A stretch of 64,000 nt of DNA, taken from the NCBI GenBank assembly GCA_035221665.1, contig CM069141.1, positions 28,396,001-28,460,000 on the forward strand, given 5' to 3'. The notes under the pieces are model-generated. The model worked only from the letters and a program-made list of their open reading frames with translations. It had not been told where the DNA came from and made no database searches. The DNA comes from Okamejei kenojei (Eukaryota). Positions 12,297 to 26,476 of this stretch are shown piece by piece (positions within the stretch are counted from its first letter, which is position 1; each line of letters begins with the position of its first letter). Position numbers and translations under genes: made by a program.

Positions 12297-12845
12297 GTTA
12301 AGTTTATTGTCACATGCACGGAGGTGCAGGGAAAAGCTTGTTAGTGTGTGCAGTGGAAAGACTACACATGATTACAATCAAGGCGTTCACAGTGTACAGG
12401 ATAAAGGGAATAATGCTTTGTGCAACATAAAGTCCAGTAAAGACTGATTAAAGATAGTCTGAGGGTCTCCAATCGAGTAGGCGGTAGCTCAGAACTGCTC
12501 GCTACTTGGTGATAGCAGCTGGGAAGCAACGGTCTCTGAATCTGGAGGTATGCGTTTTCTCACCTGATGGGAGAGGAGAAAAGAGGGAGTGCCCAGAGTG
12601 AGACTCATCCTTGATTATGCTGGTGGCCTTGCCGAGGCAGCATGAAGTGTAGATGGAGTCAATGAAAAGGAGATTGGTTTGCGTGATGGTCTGGGCTGCG
12701 TCCACAATTCACTGCAATTTCTTGCGGTCTTGGATGGAGCTCTTCCCAAACCATGCTGGAATGCATCCCAATAAAATGCTTTCTAAGCACTTCTGTATAA
12801 ATTGGTGAGACTTGTTTGAGACTTCTTCCTAAACCTTCTAAGCAA
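12297..12845 (-). mobile_element. Rex/Babar LINE 3' fragment
   Basis: ORF 12502-12705 SIIKDESHSGHSLFSPLPSG..TSRFRD.CFP, typical Rex1/Babar ORF C-terminus; 3' stem-loop and AATAAA. Confidence 0.85.
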
Positions 12846-13787
12846 GCAGCGACATTATAACTAAATGACTGGTAACAAATTTAAGCAAACAAGGAAAATA
12901 ACATAAAAATAGGAGATAAAGATGGTGTAATAAAAATATATATATATATTCATGCTGTATTATTTGAGGCAGGAAGGGACATTTTGAAAGAGAGCAAAAT
13001 TAGAAATCTCTCTTCAATGGATCCATTGTTCAAGATAGTGTTTATTGATTCAGAAAAGAGCAGGATATGATCAGCTCTTTGCTGGCATTAAATGTGTGGA
13101 TAATGATACACAAAAGGGTAGGGAAGATGTGTGGGTGGTGAATTTACCTTTTCTTTGGCTTTCTGCTGTCTGTCTTTACACTACTGTTGCAGATGAATGG
13201 AAAATGACTAATTCTAAGTGATGTAAGCGCTCTGATGTCCTGCTAACCTTGTCTACACTGGACATTTGATGCCCTCGATGTGTCTGCATGGTTGGTTAAT
13301 TCAAATTCCTATTCACATGTTCAGTAAAACTCACACTTTCCTTTGATAAAATTATAATTATAGTTAAGAAGTGAACATTTACATGCTTTTTGAGAATTGA
13401 AAAACAAATACATGTTTTTGTATAACTAAAATTAATTTTGTACAAATTCTGCACTGAATTATTTATTTGTTTAAAATTAGATGCTCATGACCAATTATAT
13501 ATGCATCCTGCTGAAAATATATTGGAATATATTTTAAATTTATAATTTATATTTTCGAATACTTGTATGCATCGCACATATGTTACTTTCAGTTTAGTTT
13601 CTTAATACTTGGCATCAGATATATGAGAAAAAGTCAAATAAAATAATTCCAAAACATTTTGGAGTAAAGGTTATCATGTAACTAGGACTAGAGATTAATA
13701 ACCTGCAAATGTGAAGGGGAAAAGCAAGCCAGAATTACTAATTTCTCAAATATTTTCTCAGTCACAGGAAGAGCATTTATAATGTTT

Positions 13788-14100
13788 TAAAGAAGGAACT
13801 GCAGATGCTGGAGAATGGAGGGTACACAAAAGGCTGGAGACACTCAGCGGGTGCAGCAGCATCTAAGGAGCGAAGGAGATAGGCGACGTTTCTGGTCGAG
13901 ACCCTTCTTCAGACTGGTCCGGGATCAGGGAAACGAGAGATATAGATGGTGATGTGGAGAGATAAAGAACAATGAAAGATATGCAAAAAAGTATCGATGA
14001 TAAAGGGAACAAGCCATTGTAAGCTGTTTGTAGTGTGAAAATGAGAAGCTAGTACGACTAGGGTGGGGGAGAGAGATAGAGAGAGAGGGAATGCCAGGGA
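13788..14100 (-). mobile_element. Penelope pLTR with intact minimal hammerhead core (13885-13912)
   Basis: Highly similar to the reverse complement of 7485-7792; CTGAAGA-AGGGTC-TC-GACCA-GAAACGTC. Confidence 0.85.
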
Positions 14101-16587
14101 ATTTATAACATTGCTATTCAAAGAGATTGTAAATGCCATTCTCATTTTTTATCTCTGTAATATACAAGACGTGTTCCCCTTGGGATCTTGAAATGACACC
14201 CTAGTAGCATCTAACACAGCAATGGAGCTAGGGGTTTCTGCTTTAACTTAATTTTCTTTACAATGTCTGTTTCAGAAACTGCGAGTTTAAATCTGTTCCT
14301 TATGTCTTGCACAAAGAAAATTCAATGCACGTAATGAGAAGGCATTGTGCAAAAAAGAAACTGTTTGGACTGCGTAAAATTCCAAAGCCAACTGGAATTC
14401 TGTGTACTTGAGTAATTTAAAGCTTGTCAGTCTGCTTTCCCTTTTTGTGGCTATAATCTCTAGATCCAGAGATTGTCCGCAGGGAGATGGAGGAAGTTAG
14501 TTGTTATAAACAATCTCTGAGGCAGTTCACTCATGTTCCCAGGCACAAAGCTGGCACTGGTTACTGAGCCTCTCAGTTTTAATGATTTCCACATGGATGA
14601 AGGGAGGTTCAAGCCAAGCCTACGATATCGTCAAAAAACTCCAAATTTAGAAGAAATATGAAAATTGCCAAATACGGCTTCCTTAGTGGGTAAAATAAAT
14701 CCTCTGCTCAACTGCCACAGGTCACAGCAGGGTTCATATGACTTTGTGTGGCCAATAGAATTCATTCGGTGGTCTGTCAGTTGTGGCATGTAGCGGGATT
14801 GACTCCTTTTCAGTTCATATAAGGTAATAGAAAAAGGTTTTCCAAAGGAAGCAGCATAGAAAAGTATTCAAAAGGCTCACAACATGTAGAAATTTCTAGT
14901 GTTGTTGTTTGGTGCTCAGTGACTGTATTTATATTCAGCAAGAGAGAAACTCAGACTATCAACAGTTTCAACAGGTGTGACTCCAAAGCAGAACGACCAC
15001 CAGAGGTATGTACCATTAATCCTTGTATCTGTGTTCTTGAACCGTGTCATGTCCAGGAAATTATTAAATTTAAACTTTAATCAGTTAAGCTTATGACCGA
15101 TTGTTAGGAACTTTAAACTATTTTCTGCATCATCAGTTCAGTAAAAGTTGTGATTTTCCTCTCTCGCTGCTGCGGGATGATGCAATCTTACAATATGTCT
15201 ACAGCTATGAATAATTCAGCCGTTTTCAAACTTCACATACCCACAAGCTTTTATTGTTCTTAGCCAATGTGGAGTCATATTTTCCTCTGCTTTAGCACTT
15301 GAGAACTGCAAAAGGAATCTCTGATGATTCCCATCTGTTTTATGCATCATTTGCAGAGTGCAGAAACGCTTCTCAGAACCAAAGCAGCCCATCCATTATA
15401 CATTTTAATGCAATTCTTTATGTTCTGATACAAGAGAGATTTACACTGAAACCTACACAGAGCTGTGTGATAATGAATAGGTCGATACAAAAAATGCTGG
15501 GAAATTTGAAAAAGTTTCAACTGAAATAAGATCCACTGGTTATTGCAAACTTTTATACAAACAAATAATGTAATACACAGGGGTGGTTGTCCCTGGAACA
15601 GAATACTAATTCCAGATGGTTCCAGCTGTCTGCAGAATTTTTTTTTTGATTTTCAGCAAAACCATTAATCTTTTTCTCTCAATCCAGCAAAAAAACAAAT
15701 TGCTTTAAGTATTAATAGATACAGATCTGAGGATCTGCTAAAAGGAATGCATTCATTGTCAATATTTTAATTTTATTAAGAAAAAATGGAAACAAAATAA
15801 ACATCGCTGTTTTAAAACTGTTAGCAACCATCTCCAAGTATATGAAAAATAACACATCTGAACAAGGGTGTCCTTAACTGCAATATTATTTGATTTCTAA
15901 AATTAGTGAGATCATAAAGGGAGTAATTGTAGAATATACTCAAGATGTGTTTCCATATTGAAGATTTCAATGATTATGCACTAGACCATTAATTCATTTG
16001 CAGTCTGAAGAAATAGTACAGTTTTACTGTTGCACATTTAGGTTAAATTTAATTTGTTAAATTAGGCAGTAAAACTATCCAGAGAAAAGCTAGATCTGTT
16101 TACCCAATTATTTGTAACTAAGTTGTGCATTCTTCTGCTGCCTCAGTTATACCCACCCTGCCTCAAAGATGCCAAGCTAGAACAGATGGGTATGTTATCG
16201 GGGTCATGAGGATCACGTTTTTATACTTAGACCCGGTTCTATTGTCAAGGGGCACTTTTACCATCTGGCATCATTATGAGCCCCTGCCAACTTATAACCC
16301 TACTTAATGGTAATTAAAAAAACATGTATTTTTAACTTGAAAATAATTCCATAAATTAATCAATAATAACTAACTGCCTGGAGATTCAGAAATAAATTCC
16401 AAAAGATGATAGACAAGGAAGGTAGAATGAAGGCACTTACTGCATATCAAAATTGTATTGTTTTTGTCTACAAACTAAGTTTACTCATTTTCAAATGGAA
16501 CGTTAGTTGGAACTTACCACAACATCTTGCTGAAAAAAATACAGAACTACTCATCTAGTTGTTCAATACAGAATATATCAAAATGTA

Positions 16588-17400
16588 AACATAAGAAATA
16601 CTATTTGGCTATTCTGGCCATCAGGCCTATTCCACATTTCCTTTGCTCTACAGACCTCATCCCTATCTCTTTTAACATCCTTGTGTTAATTGTTCCCCTT
16701 TATTAACAAATGTTTATCTCTCTCTCTTTCTCACTCACAAATACATACAACCACTGACCATTTAATATCATTTTGAAGAAAAGTTTCAAAGATTCAGAAA
16801 ATTTAGAATAAAGAGATTTTCTTCTCATATCCTCTTACATCTAAGTTCCTTAATTCAGAGTGTTTGATTTCTGATTCTTGACTCCCCTTGCCAGGTAAAA
16901 CAACCTTACAATGTACTTTTTTTCAAGCTTCGGAAGAATGTTATGTTTTTGTATGAGATTGCCCCTCATTTTTCTTATTTCTAGGGAATTGTGATATACT
17001 CAATCACAAATTTTCAACAATATCCCTAATCAACTTTTGATGCACTTTTTGAGGCAAGAATGTATTTCCTTAGCTAAAAAACTTAATTTGTACTTAATGT
17101 CTCGTATGTTCTCACCAGGGCCCCATGTAATTGTCATGAGAATTTTAACTCTTTTACCTCAATCCCTTTGTGATAAAAGCTAATATACCACTTAGTTTGC
17201 TAATTGCTTGTTGCGGCTGCACATCAACTCTCTGTGGTTTAGATAGAAAGACACACTGGTTTGATTAAAATAACATTTTCCGATCACTCATCATTAAACA
17301 AAAAGTTCTTTGTTGCAAAAGTGGATTACATAATACATCATATTTTAGGGTGCTATTTGCCATGTTCTAGCCCTGTACTTACCATCTATATCCTCTTGAG
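16588..17400 (-). mobile_element. Old degraded CR1 3' region
   Basis: Collinear patchy similarity to 38004-38757 (AAACATAAGAAA tail, GAGATTGCCCCTCA, CTCACCAGGGCCC, AAAAGCTAATATACCA). Confidence 0.7.
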
Positions 17401-17605
17401 TTCTTCTCACAACAATATCATTGATGTACACATTTATACCATTTTCATTTATCTGTGTGAGTGTAACACAAAGATTGTCTCCATAACAGCAGAGAAACTA
17501 GGAATAAAAACTGTTATTTTTGTTATATTACTAACCCTTCAGATTTTAAACATCAGTTCAACTCATGGAAAGAGCAAATGGAATATATCCTTATAAGTGG
17601 GCCAT

Positions 17606-17897
17606 GTTTAGTTTAGAGATACAGTGTGGAAACAGGCCCTTCAGCCCACCGAGTTCACACTGACCATTGATTACCCGTACATTATTTCTATGTTATCCCA
17701 CTTTCGCATCCTACACACCAAGGGTAATTTAAAGAGGCCAGTTAACCTACAAACCTGCATGTCTATGGAATGTGGGAGGAAACCGGAGCACCCAGACAAA
17801 ACCCATGCAGTCACTGGGAGAATATACAAACTCCGCAGTCAGGATCAAACCCGGGTCTCTGGCGCTGTGAGGCACCAGCTCTGCCATTGTGCCGCCT
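17606..17897 (-). mobile_element. HE1/V-type SINE, full length
   Basis: A-box/B-box head, central domain, CR1-like tail with (CTAAA)n. Confidence 0.9.
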
Positions 17898-18296
17898 TGT
17901 AAGTGTCTGTAAATTCCAAACTGAAATAATCTTCTCAAATAATATAATAAAGGGAGAAATTGAATGTTGAAGTTGGATGTTGACTTTATCAGCACAAAGA
18001 CCATTGTACTAATTTCTAAATGAATGTCCTGATGTGATTTTTATGTCAATTGTTTCTCTTTTGCCGCACACTCAGTATCCTTTGACTCCAGGTTGATGAA
18101 CATTTCAATTGTGACACTCACCATTTCCTTCTCCATCCCATGGGGAACATGGGCTAGCCTCTGTCTCTGTACACATAACCCTGCTAAAGCAGGGATGAAT
18201 GTAGGATTTCCAATGGTTTATATGAATCTGCTGATCATTGTCGAAAAAGACAGCATTTAAAAATGTGATTATTTAAAATATATATTAAATCAAATT

Positions 18297-18737
18297 AAAA
18301 TAGAAACAGATTGCTGGAAACATTCTGCAGGTCAGGGAGCACCAGTGGATAGAGGAAGGTATTGTCATAACTGGGAAAGAGAAACGGGTTTACAGAAACA
18401 ATGGGGAAGGATGAGTAGGACAAAGGGGGTATCTTGGAAAGGGTGAGGCTACGGTTCCTGTGCCATTTTATAGCTTTGGTTCATTTTCTCTCCCACTAAC
18501 TGTCCCAATTCACCTATCAACAAATGACCAGTACCGTGTATTCCCATGAGAGTCCTGGCTTCAACCTATTAAAAAATATGTTCTATGTTCCTCCCCCACC
18601 TTCCTTGAAACTTAAAACTGAATTTCTCTTACCCATTCCTAATGTACAATCCTTGTTGTTCTTTCCATAGATTTGTTTCACCTGCCAGTATTCCAGCACT
18701 TTCTACTTCTTTGTTATTTTAGACTTCCAGCATTTGC
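18297..18737. mobile_element. Old Penelope pLTR pair in inverted orientation
   Basis: TGCTGGAAA...GCAGGTCA at left and CACCTGC..TTCCAGCA..CCAGCATTTGC at right. Confidence 0.55.
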
Positions 18738-19104
18738 GGGGTATTATAAATTTACAACAAAATACATGCTTTTCTTGGAAATTCACGTATGATAATGGCT
18801 TTAAATATGTTTCCTTGATATCAATGCTCAGGACGGACCATAGTATTTTGAAGGGATTAGGCCAGTAAAAATCACCATATGTACAGCAGTACAGTCCACG
18901 GCTTCATATAGATCTACAGTTTAAATAAATTGACATTTGAACCTGCTATCTCCACAATCACACTCTCCATTAATATGCAACTTGGTTATGATATGCCTGA
19001 TGAAGTTATTTATATTAATATTTGTAAAGCTTCAGATGGCAACATACAATCTGTACAAAGTCTATGTAATTCTAATAACAAGATCCATTATTGAATTACT
19101 TGTT

Positions 19105-19318
19105 GATAAATATTTTTTATTAATTGTAAATACATATTAATAGAAAATACTTCTTACATACATTCTTAATATTATTAATATTAACATTTAAGACTTATTT
19201 ATATTTCTATACATTTTTTTTATAAGTAAGAAAAGATAAAGAAAAATAACATAGAGATAAGAAATCAAAAATAAAGATGTAAATGGAGTATTAAAAAGTT
19301 ATCCATCACCAGTATTGA
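19105..19318 (-). mobile_element. L1-clade 3' UTR fragment
   Basis: Reverse complement shares TATAGAA.TA.AAATAAG, AATATTAAGAATGTATGT and TTAATATGTA.TTAC..TAATAAAA with the L1 3' UTR at 60290-60520. Confidence 0.7.
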
Positions 19319-20844
19319 ATTACAGATGTGAAACACTAAATACTGTAACAGTGAAAGGCCATTTAACATTGGATGCTCCTGAACTTTACCCAAAAGAAAG
19401 ACTATCATTTAATATTGACATCTGTGTGAGGGGAAAAAAGGCTTAATAATGTAGCTTTGGAAAACTGCTAACTTAAGAGTAATTTTTAGCTTCAGTGGGA
19501 AATGAGGTGAATTGCAAAGAATGCCGTTGTAAAAGCAGGAAATGTGCTGGGAACCAGGGGAGCCTCCTCTTGATGTAGCCCAATTCCTGTCTTGATGAAT
19601 ACAACAGATCAAATGGCAAGTTATACCTTAAAAGGCAATGGTTCAATCTATGCAGTAGTTTTGCTTTTATTTGTATCTGTAGGCTGGGCAATGAGTATTG
19701 AGCACAGATTAATTTACCTTTCTCAGTTAATGGCTATTTATAATAACTAATCCGGTTTGTTGACATTTACCACATAAACTTCAATAAATCATTTATTTTT
19801 TTCTGCCGGTTTTATCAATGTAAAAATGTGAAGCCAACATTGTTTGACAGCAAAACCTGCAAAAAGCGATAAGATTACAAGAAACCTATTATAACCTGAA
19901 TATTTATTTTAGTTTCATCATCTTGGCCATTTAAACTAATTTACTTATTCTGAATATTTTATTTTTTTATAAGTAAGAAAAGATGAGTTATGATTATCAT
20001 CTCTAGTCTGACACATTTTTTCAGGGTTAGTAGGTAGAATATTCAATGACTGTTCAACCTTTGGCGTTCTCCCATTAAGTTCTGAAACGTAGACATCAGC
20101 CTTATTCACACCCCTTCAGGTTTAAGATATATATATTGAATTTTTGTGTTGTGGGGTAAAATTATCCATTTAGTACTTTGGTGGGAGAAGGTACTGGAGA
20201 TGAGGACTGACAGTGTGCAGGCTACTGTGGGAGTTGGATGATGGACCAGCTCAATGCTGAGTGTGCAACCTCTCACAAGTCAACCATTAACATGCAAGTG
20301 ACCATATTTGGTGACCTGTCATCGCTAAACACATCAGTAGGAGCAATGTCATGGGTGGCTAGCTCTACTTAAAATCCATTTTCAGTACTGACATCTTAAG
20401 ATGGAGCTTCATTGTGCACCAAGAGCAGAAGTTGGCATCAAATCCAGAGTGAATCTAACCAATAAAATACTGTAAAGAGACACGGTATGAGAAACAAATT
20501 ACTTCCAAGGTTTTCAGTGATTACTTTGTGACCTTCATAAAATAGGTTAAATATAGGAATGGTATGAATGCTCTCCTTTCCTTCCTTCCAATCTCACGAT
20601 ACAAATACATCCTTTAGATATTCTGAGTGCAACCCGGGCAGACAATGGGGCAATGGAAAGACAGAACTGAAGAAGAAGTAATAGCGCTTGATTTTCACGC
20701 TTGCAGGCATCAGCTCAGATGTTAACATTTTCATGAGGAGAGTGCAGACTCTGGCAATGAGTGGTCTACATCCAGGGGAGGGGGAAAGAATAGCTCTGGT
20801 GTAGAACACAAATATTCTGCTCCAGATGACAAAAACCTCAGAGG

Positions 20845-21257
20845 TCAAGTTGAGTTTATTGGGGCATGCACAAGTACTGAGGTACAGATGTAGTAAAAAA
20901 TCTTCCTAACAATAGCATCATAGGCAGATAGACTCAGACAAACCACAAAAACAAATTACACATACATCACACATTAAATTATCAAAATAAATAAAATTGT
21001 ACAAAAATAACAAGACATTAGGGTAAAACAATTAGGAACAAAACAAGTCCTTAATAGTGTAAGAGGTGACTGTAGTGTTCCATTTTTAAGGTATGAATAG
21101 GGTTGTACAGGGTTTAAGAACCTGATAGTTGTAGGAAAGTAGCTGTTCCTGAACCTGGTGGAGTGGAACTGTCTTCAGGCTCCTGTACCTCCTCCCTGAG
21201 GGCTGCAGTGAGAAGAGTGTATGTCCCGGATGGTGGGATCCTTGATGCTTTCTCCTT
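20845..21257 (-). mobile_element. Rex/Babar LINE 3' fragment
   Basis: HHPGHTLFSLQPSGRRYRSLKT motif, AATAAA and short repeat tail. Confidence 0.85.
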
Positions 21258-22404
21258 GAAATAGCACATGACGAGCACAATGTTTACAAGCCTGACAAAG
21301 AGCTTATGTCCAATCTTGAAGAGCATCGAGGTGACTGACTTTGTAGAATCATGGTGTAGAATCAGAAGGGTGCAGTTTCCATCACAGCACAAATTTGCGA
21401 CTGCCAATGTTTCGGTGTGCTAAGTGGAAGCTCAGGCCACATCTTTACAAATGTAGACTACTGCCACTGAAGTCGGCGCTGCAGCCGCACGTCTACAACA
21501 GCTCACTAAAGTGATGATGTCCAGGACGCAGGAATGGAATTAGTCCATTCGGCCCATCGAATCTGCTCTCCCGTTCAAACTGCCTCCCAGGTTGAGATAA
21601 GACAACTCTATCATGTCCTTTAGGGACAACTGCTTACGATCAATGTCCAATGTCACGTGTGCAATCACATACACTTAACGTCCAGCAGCTTCCATTAGTA
21701 TTTATGCAGCCATTGGGATAGCATTGCTTCGGACCATTAGAATTGGTAAGGGCACACACAAGTCAGGAACAAAGAAGACGCACAGGGTGATTAGTTGACT
21801 TATATTGTGTTTGCCATTGTAGATATATAAATTTGATTTGGAATATTTATTTTCTCTTAGCCTCACTTACGTATTGAGGGCAGATGACCATTGTGACATC
21901 TACCATTAGAGATAAGGTAAAATTTGATACTCCTGGTGAATGTAGAATTGTGATTGAGATTCCAGCAACTATACATGTTGGAGTCCATCTGGTGCCTAAG
22001 TTGTCCTCAGCCGTGTGTCATTCACGCTGTGGCAAGGACTAACCAGGCCACTGGGAATCTTCACACCCTGACAGCCAAGTAGTGCAGGACTCCTCTAGAC
22101 CTGACCAGGCAGCAAGTCGATGGTCGACTTTCTCTAATTAATGTGATTGCATGGCTTTCATTCTGCACAAGCTGAACAAGTGTGTTTAGGTCACACACAG
22201 GATTGTCAGCCAAGACAACAATGGATTGCTCTTATCGCCAAATGGCCAATATTTTGCTTGACTGCATCTGCCTGAGCAGACTTCAACAGAGACATCCATG
22301 ATTGACTATCTATGGTCACACACTGAGGCAGACAGGGACATGATAGAAAAGCAAGCAGTGCTCACATATTGTGGAATCAGTGGCATCCTGATACAGCCAC
22401 ATCT

Positions 22405-22573
22405 CTGCTGATCCATTCTCTCGTCCCATACTAGATTCTGACGTAAGAGAAGAAGGGTCTTGACCTGAAACGTTACCCATTCCTTCCCTCCAGAGATGCT
22501 GCCTGTCCCGCTGAGTTACTCCAGCAAATGTGTCCATCTTTGGTTTAAACAAGTATCTGCAGTTCCTTCTTAC
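22405..22573 (+). mobile_element. Penelope pLTR fragment
   Basis: GAAGAAGGGTCTTGACCTGAAACGTT...GATGCTGCCTGTCCCGCTGAGTTACTCCAGCA...TCTGCAGTTCCTTCTTAC. Confidence 0.8.
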
Positions 22574-22748
22574 TCAATTACATATACTGCAATTGTTTCT
22601 TTCCAGAAAAAGAGAGCTTCGATGGCCATCTTTACACAATAGCACAAGGTAATTTAAGGCATATTGCAAATATCCCCAATGTTAGCTGGAAACACATATA
22701 AACAAAATTCACTGTTATTATTGCCATTCAAACCTCTAAGAATGAAGT

Positions 22749-23060
22749 AGAAAAAAGGAACTGCAGGTACTGGTTAACAAAAAAAGGAAACAAAGTGCTG
22801 GAGTAACTCAGCAGGTCAGAGAGCATCCCATTCTTTTGTCTCATACCTTCTGTTGTCCAACCATCTGCCTATCAAAATCCTCCCGGCCTGTGTTTACCTA
22901 TTACTTGCCGCACTCCTGCCCCTCCTCTCTTCCTGCTTTCTCCCCCCTCCCCTCCCACAATCAGTCTGAAGAAGGGTGCCAACCCGAAAAATCACCTACC
23001 ATGTTCCCCAGGGATGCTGCCTGATCCACTGAGTTACTCCAGCACTTTTCATCCTTTATT
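22749..23060. mobile_element. Mini Penelope element with inverted pLTR arms and 12-bp TSD
   Basis: TAAGAATGAAGT at 22737-22748 and 23061-23072; arms AAAGTGCTGGAGTAACTCAG / CTGAGTTACTCCAGCACTTT; hammerhead-like motif at about 22966-22993. Confidence 0.85.
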
Positions 23061-23249
23061 TAAGAATGAAGTGGTGTCTGCAACAGACAACCATTTGCTG
23101 CAAGGATTTCCTTAAAGCACAGACATCACATACATTGTTTTTCACTCATGTTCAGGAAGGAGAAATCTAGCTAGAGATGACCTAATTATTCACACTCTTC
23201 TTTTCTCCTTCTTCCTCTTCGTCTACTCTAATGCACACCTCTTTTAAGT

Positions 23250-23590
23250 TCATAAATCATAGGAGAAGTAGGCCATTTGGCCCTTCAAGTCTACTCCACC
23301 ATTCAATTATGGCTGATCAATCTTTCCCTCTCAACCCCATTGTCCTGCCTTCTCCCTTAACTCCTTCACTAGTCAAGAATCTGTTCATATCCGCCTTAAA
23401 AATACCCGATGACTTGGCCTCCACAACTTTCTGTGGCAATGAATTCCGCAGATTCACCATCCTCTGACTAAATAAATTCCTCGTCATCTCCTTTTATTCT
23501 GAGGCTATGCCCTCTGGTCTCAGACTCACCCACCAGTGGGAAACATCCTCTCCACATCCACTCCATCCAGGCCTTTTACTATTCGGTAAT
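23250..23590 (-). mobile_element. CR1 3' end
   Basis: Similar to 38004-38380 and to the reverse complement of 63262-63472. Confidence 0.8.
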
Positions 23591-26272
23591 ACCACTTCTC
23601 ATTATTCAGTAAGACAACGAACGTCTCATTCTTCGAGTGGTATTGTATTTCAAAAGGCATGCCTACTAATTCCCTTGTGTCTGCAAAATACTGGTTCTTG
23701 CAGAAGTTTTTCTTGCAAAAATTCCTTCAGTGCCTGCCACACCATTCCTTGTTGACTTTTGCAACTTGAAACTGTCACACAAACAATAAATTAAGTAGAA
23801 CCCAACCTGTAATTTGCAGAAAATCCCTTTATGTGATGCTGGTACAGTCTCTTTCTTCCTGCTAAATGTATATTCAGCTGGATAAGGCTAAGAGAGAGAG
23901 TCATTTCTAGAGTTGTGAAAGCATTAATATCAATTAACAATGTACATTGGTTCACTGCCTATTTCCAGTGGATAGTCACTCTTTGCATTGTAGTGCTCTC
24001 ATCATCAGAACCACATATTGATTCATATAACACTCAAAATAAACAAACGGGAACAGTTTATTACTGCATATCTTTGGGGATTTTGTTTTGACAGCATAAT
24101 TAACAGTTTTGTTTCTCACAACAAATTTCATCTGATTTAAAAAATGACAAATGGTGCTTTATTGTTGGAATTATTCTTACATGGAAACAAATATTTGAAG
24201 TTTAACAAAGCATTGATACCAAAACCAGTTATCAAAATTATGTTCTATTGTGCAAGCATTTTTTAATAAAGTTGAAAAAAATAGTACTAAACTAAACCTG
24301 ATATATTTTCATATTAGATTTTATTTTAAATTGAATTGTTTGGATGATTTGTTTTCAGATCATATTGTTTAGGTATTTATATTCCCTAAATTACTCCATT
24401 ACAAAATAAAATCTCTAAGAAAATAATTTCTAATACATATTACGGAGTCGCAGAATTTAATCTTAATTCTACAGATCTAATTTTCTTATACTAATTTGCA
24501 CCAGGGAAAAGGTGATAACATTTTTTAAACATTGAACTTTTTGTGCCTGCAACTATTACAATTTTCACTGTTCTGTGAATGTTACAGAGAAAATTCATGA
24601 CACACAGCAACAACCTTGTTCCTTGAAGGCCATGTACAGTTTTATACCGATTTTGATTTTTTTTTTCGTGTTTGTACGATCATTAAAATAAAAATGTACT
24701 TTTGGTACTGGAAAATTGACACTGTATAGCTGAAGATCACTATTAATAACTGCTAGCCCCATGAGAATAAATATTGGTTAATGTTTGAATAATGTGTTTA
24801 GTTTAACTGGTTACGCATCTGGTCTGGAATATAGTTACTTCACAACATAAATAATTTTAAAATCAGCAGTAACTTTTACCCTGCTGTTGCCTAATCCTTA
24901 ACCTATTGAAATTGCCCAACTACATTATTATACTAAACTAATTTGAAAATTCAGTACCATTCAGGAACTATGTGCTCTATTAAACTCTCTCCACGCAGAC
25001 TTCCTTTTTGTTCTTTACCGCAGTTGCATGCAAAAGAACAATTAACCTTAAACTAGTAAAATTCTTTCACATAAAATGTTACAACATGTTCTATAGTGTG
25101 GGGCTTCCTGAAGGGAAATCACGTCCCTTGGCTTTAATGGTTTTGTTTTAAACGATTGCCAATCAGTATATGCTGCATATTGTTTTGGGCAAATTTCCAG
25201 GGGTTACATATTTCCTTAACAAAATTGACTGATTTATGTCCAAACTCGCATTTCTAAATCACTTAAAAATTAAATCATTTAGTTTCTCCTCCTCGCCACT
25301 TTAACTTGTAGAGTTCCTTCCATTGGAAATGTGAGGCAAAAACTGCATACAGTTTAATAATAGTAAGTGCTAACACAAAGCTGTTTAAGCTTCAAATTGT
25401 GGTCTTTAAGAAAATCAATCCAAATACGTGAACACTAATGGCAACTCCTTGAATCTCACTTTTGAAACTACATTTTTAAGCGTTGCATGTTTGTAAAGAG
25501 CTGGCTTCTCATTATCATTAAAATGGAAATAACAAAAATAAATATGCACAGAAGCATTGATGCTTTGTTCCCCAGGGCAGAATGCAACACAAAAGCCAAA
25601 AGTACGTCATTTCTGTTAACTTCAATGGATTTAAAGTTATATAAAAAGCAAGATAAATGAACTCTAAATGGAACTTAAACCAAAAATAGTTGAAAACTGA
25701 CAAATGAATCAGCGTATGTAGTGAACAGACAAACTGAAATTTTCAATGTAACCTTTTATTGCTTTAAAGGGCATAAGTGATTGACCCACTAAACATTCAG
25801 CCCAATTATTGAATCACTATTTAGCAATTTGAATTTCAAATTGATACATGGAGAGGCATAATATTTTCATTTACGAACAATTCATTAACATTCAGGATGG
25901 TCTTAACAAGTGGCAGAGAACAGGCAGGTAGAAGATTCTGATTGCCTAATTTGCTGCTTAACACCCCAAGCTATTTTAAGCTATTAAAAGGTTCTGGGAG
26001 TGCAGGAAGTTGTTTTGGTCCCATGTTTAACAGGCAGATGACCAGACCTCATGGGTGGTGGGGGGGGGGCAGTGGTGAAGGAGTGGTGTCCCCAGGAGGT
26101 CAAGGGTAGGAATATTCAGAAGGGCTGCAACTTCCAGCTGCTTTGCAGGCAGTCTATAGTGGTCATTTTAAGATTTTTGGTTAGAATACTCAGTGCCTGA
26201 AACAAATGTGCAGATCACGTGCATTGTATTCAACAGTTACTTGCATCTCAAAACTGCAATTATTGTCTGGTG

Positions 26273-26476
26273 GTAGACACAAAATGCTGGAGTAACTCAG
26301 CGGGACATCTCCGGAGAGAAAGAATGGGTGACGTTTCGGGTTGAGACCCTTCTTCAGTCTCTACCCGAAACGTCACCCATTCCTTCTCTCCAGAGATGCT
26401 GCCTGTCCCGCTGAGATACTCCAGCATTTTATGTTTACCTTTGATTTAAACCAGCATCTGCAGTTCTTTCTTACAC
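26273..26476. mobile_element. 204-bp palindromic Penelope-derived mini-element with hammerhead core and 14-bp TSD
   Basis: TSD ATTATTGTCTGGTG at 26259-26272 and 26477-26490; ~75-bp inverted arms; intact CTGAAGA..GAAACGTC on - strand at 26330-26357. Confidence 0.9.

Noticed and set aside
20302-20311. Perfect CArG box CCATATTTGG
   Set aside because: 31 kb from miR-143 in what looks like decayed repeat; no supporting context, though a conservation check would be cheap
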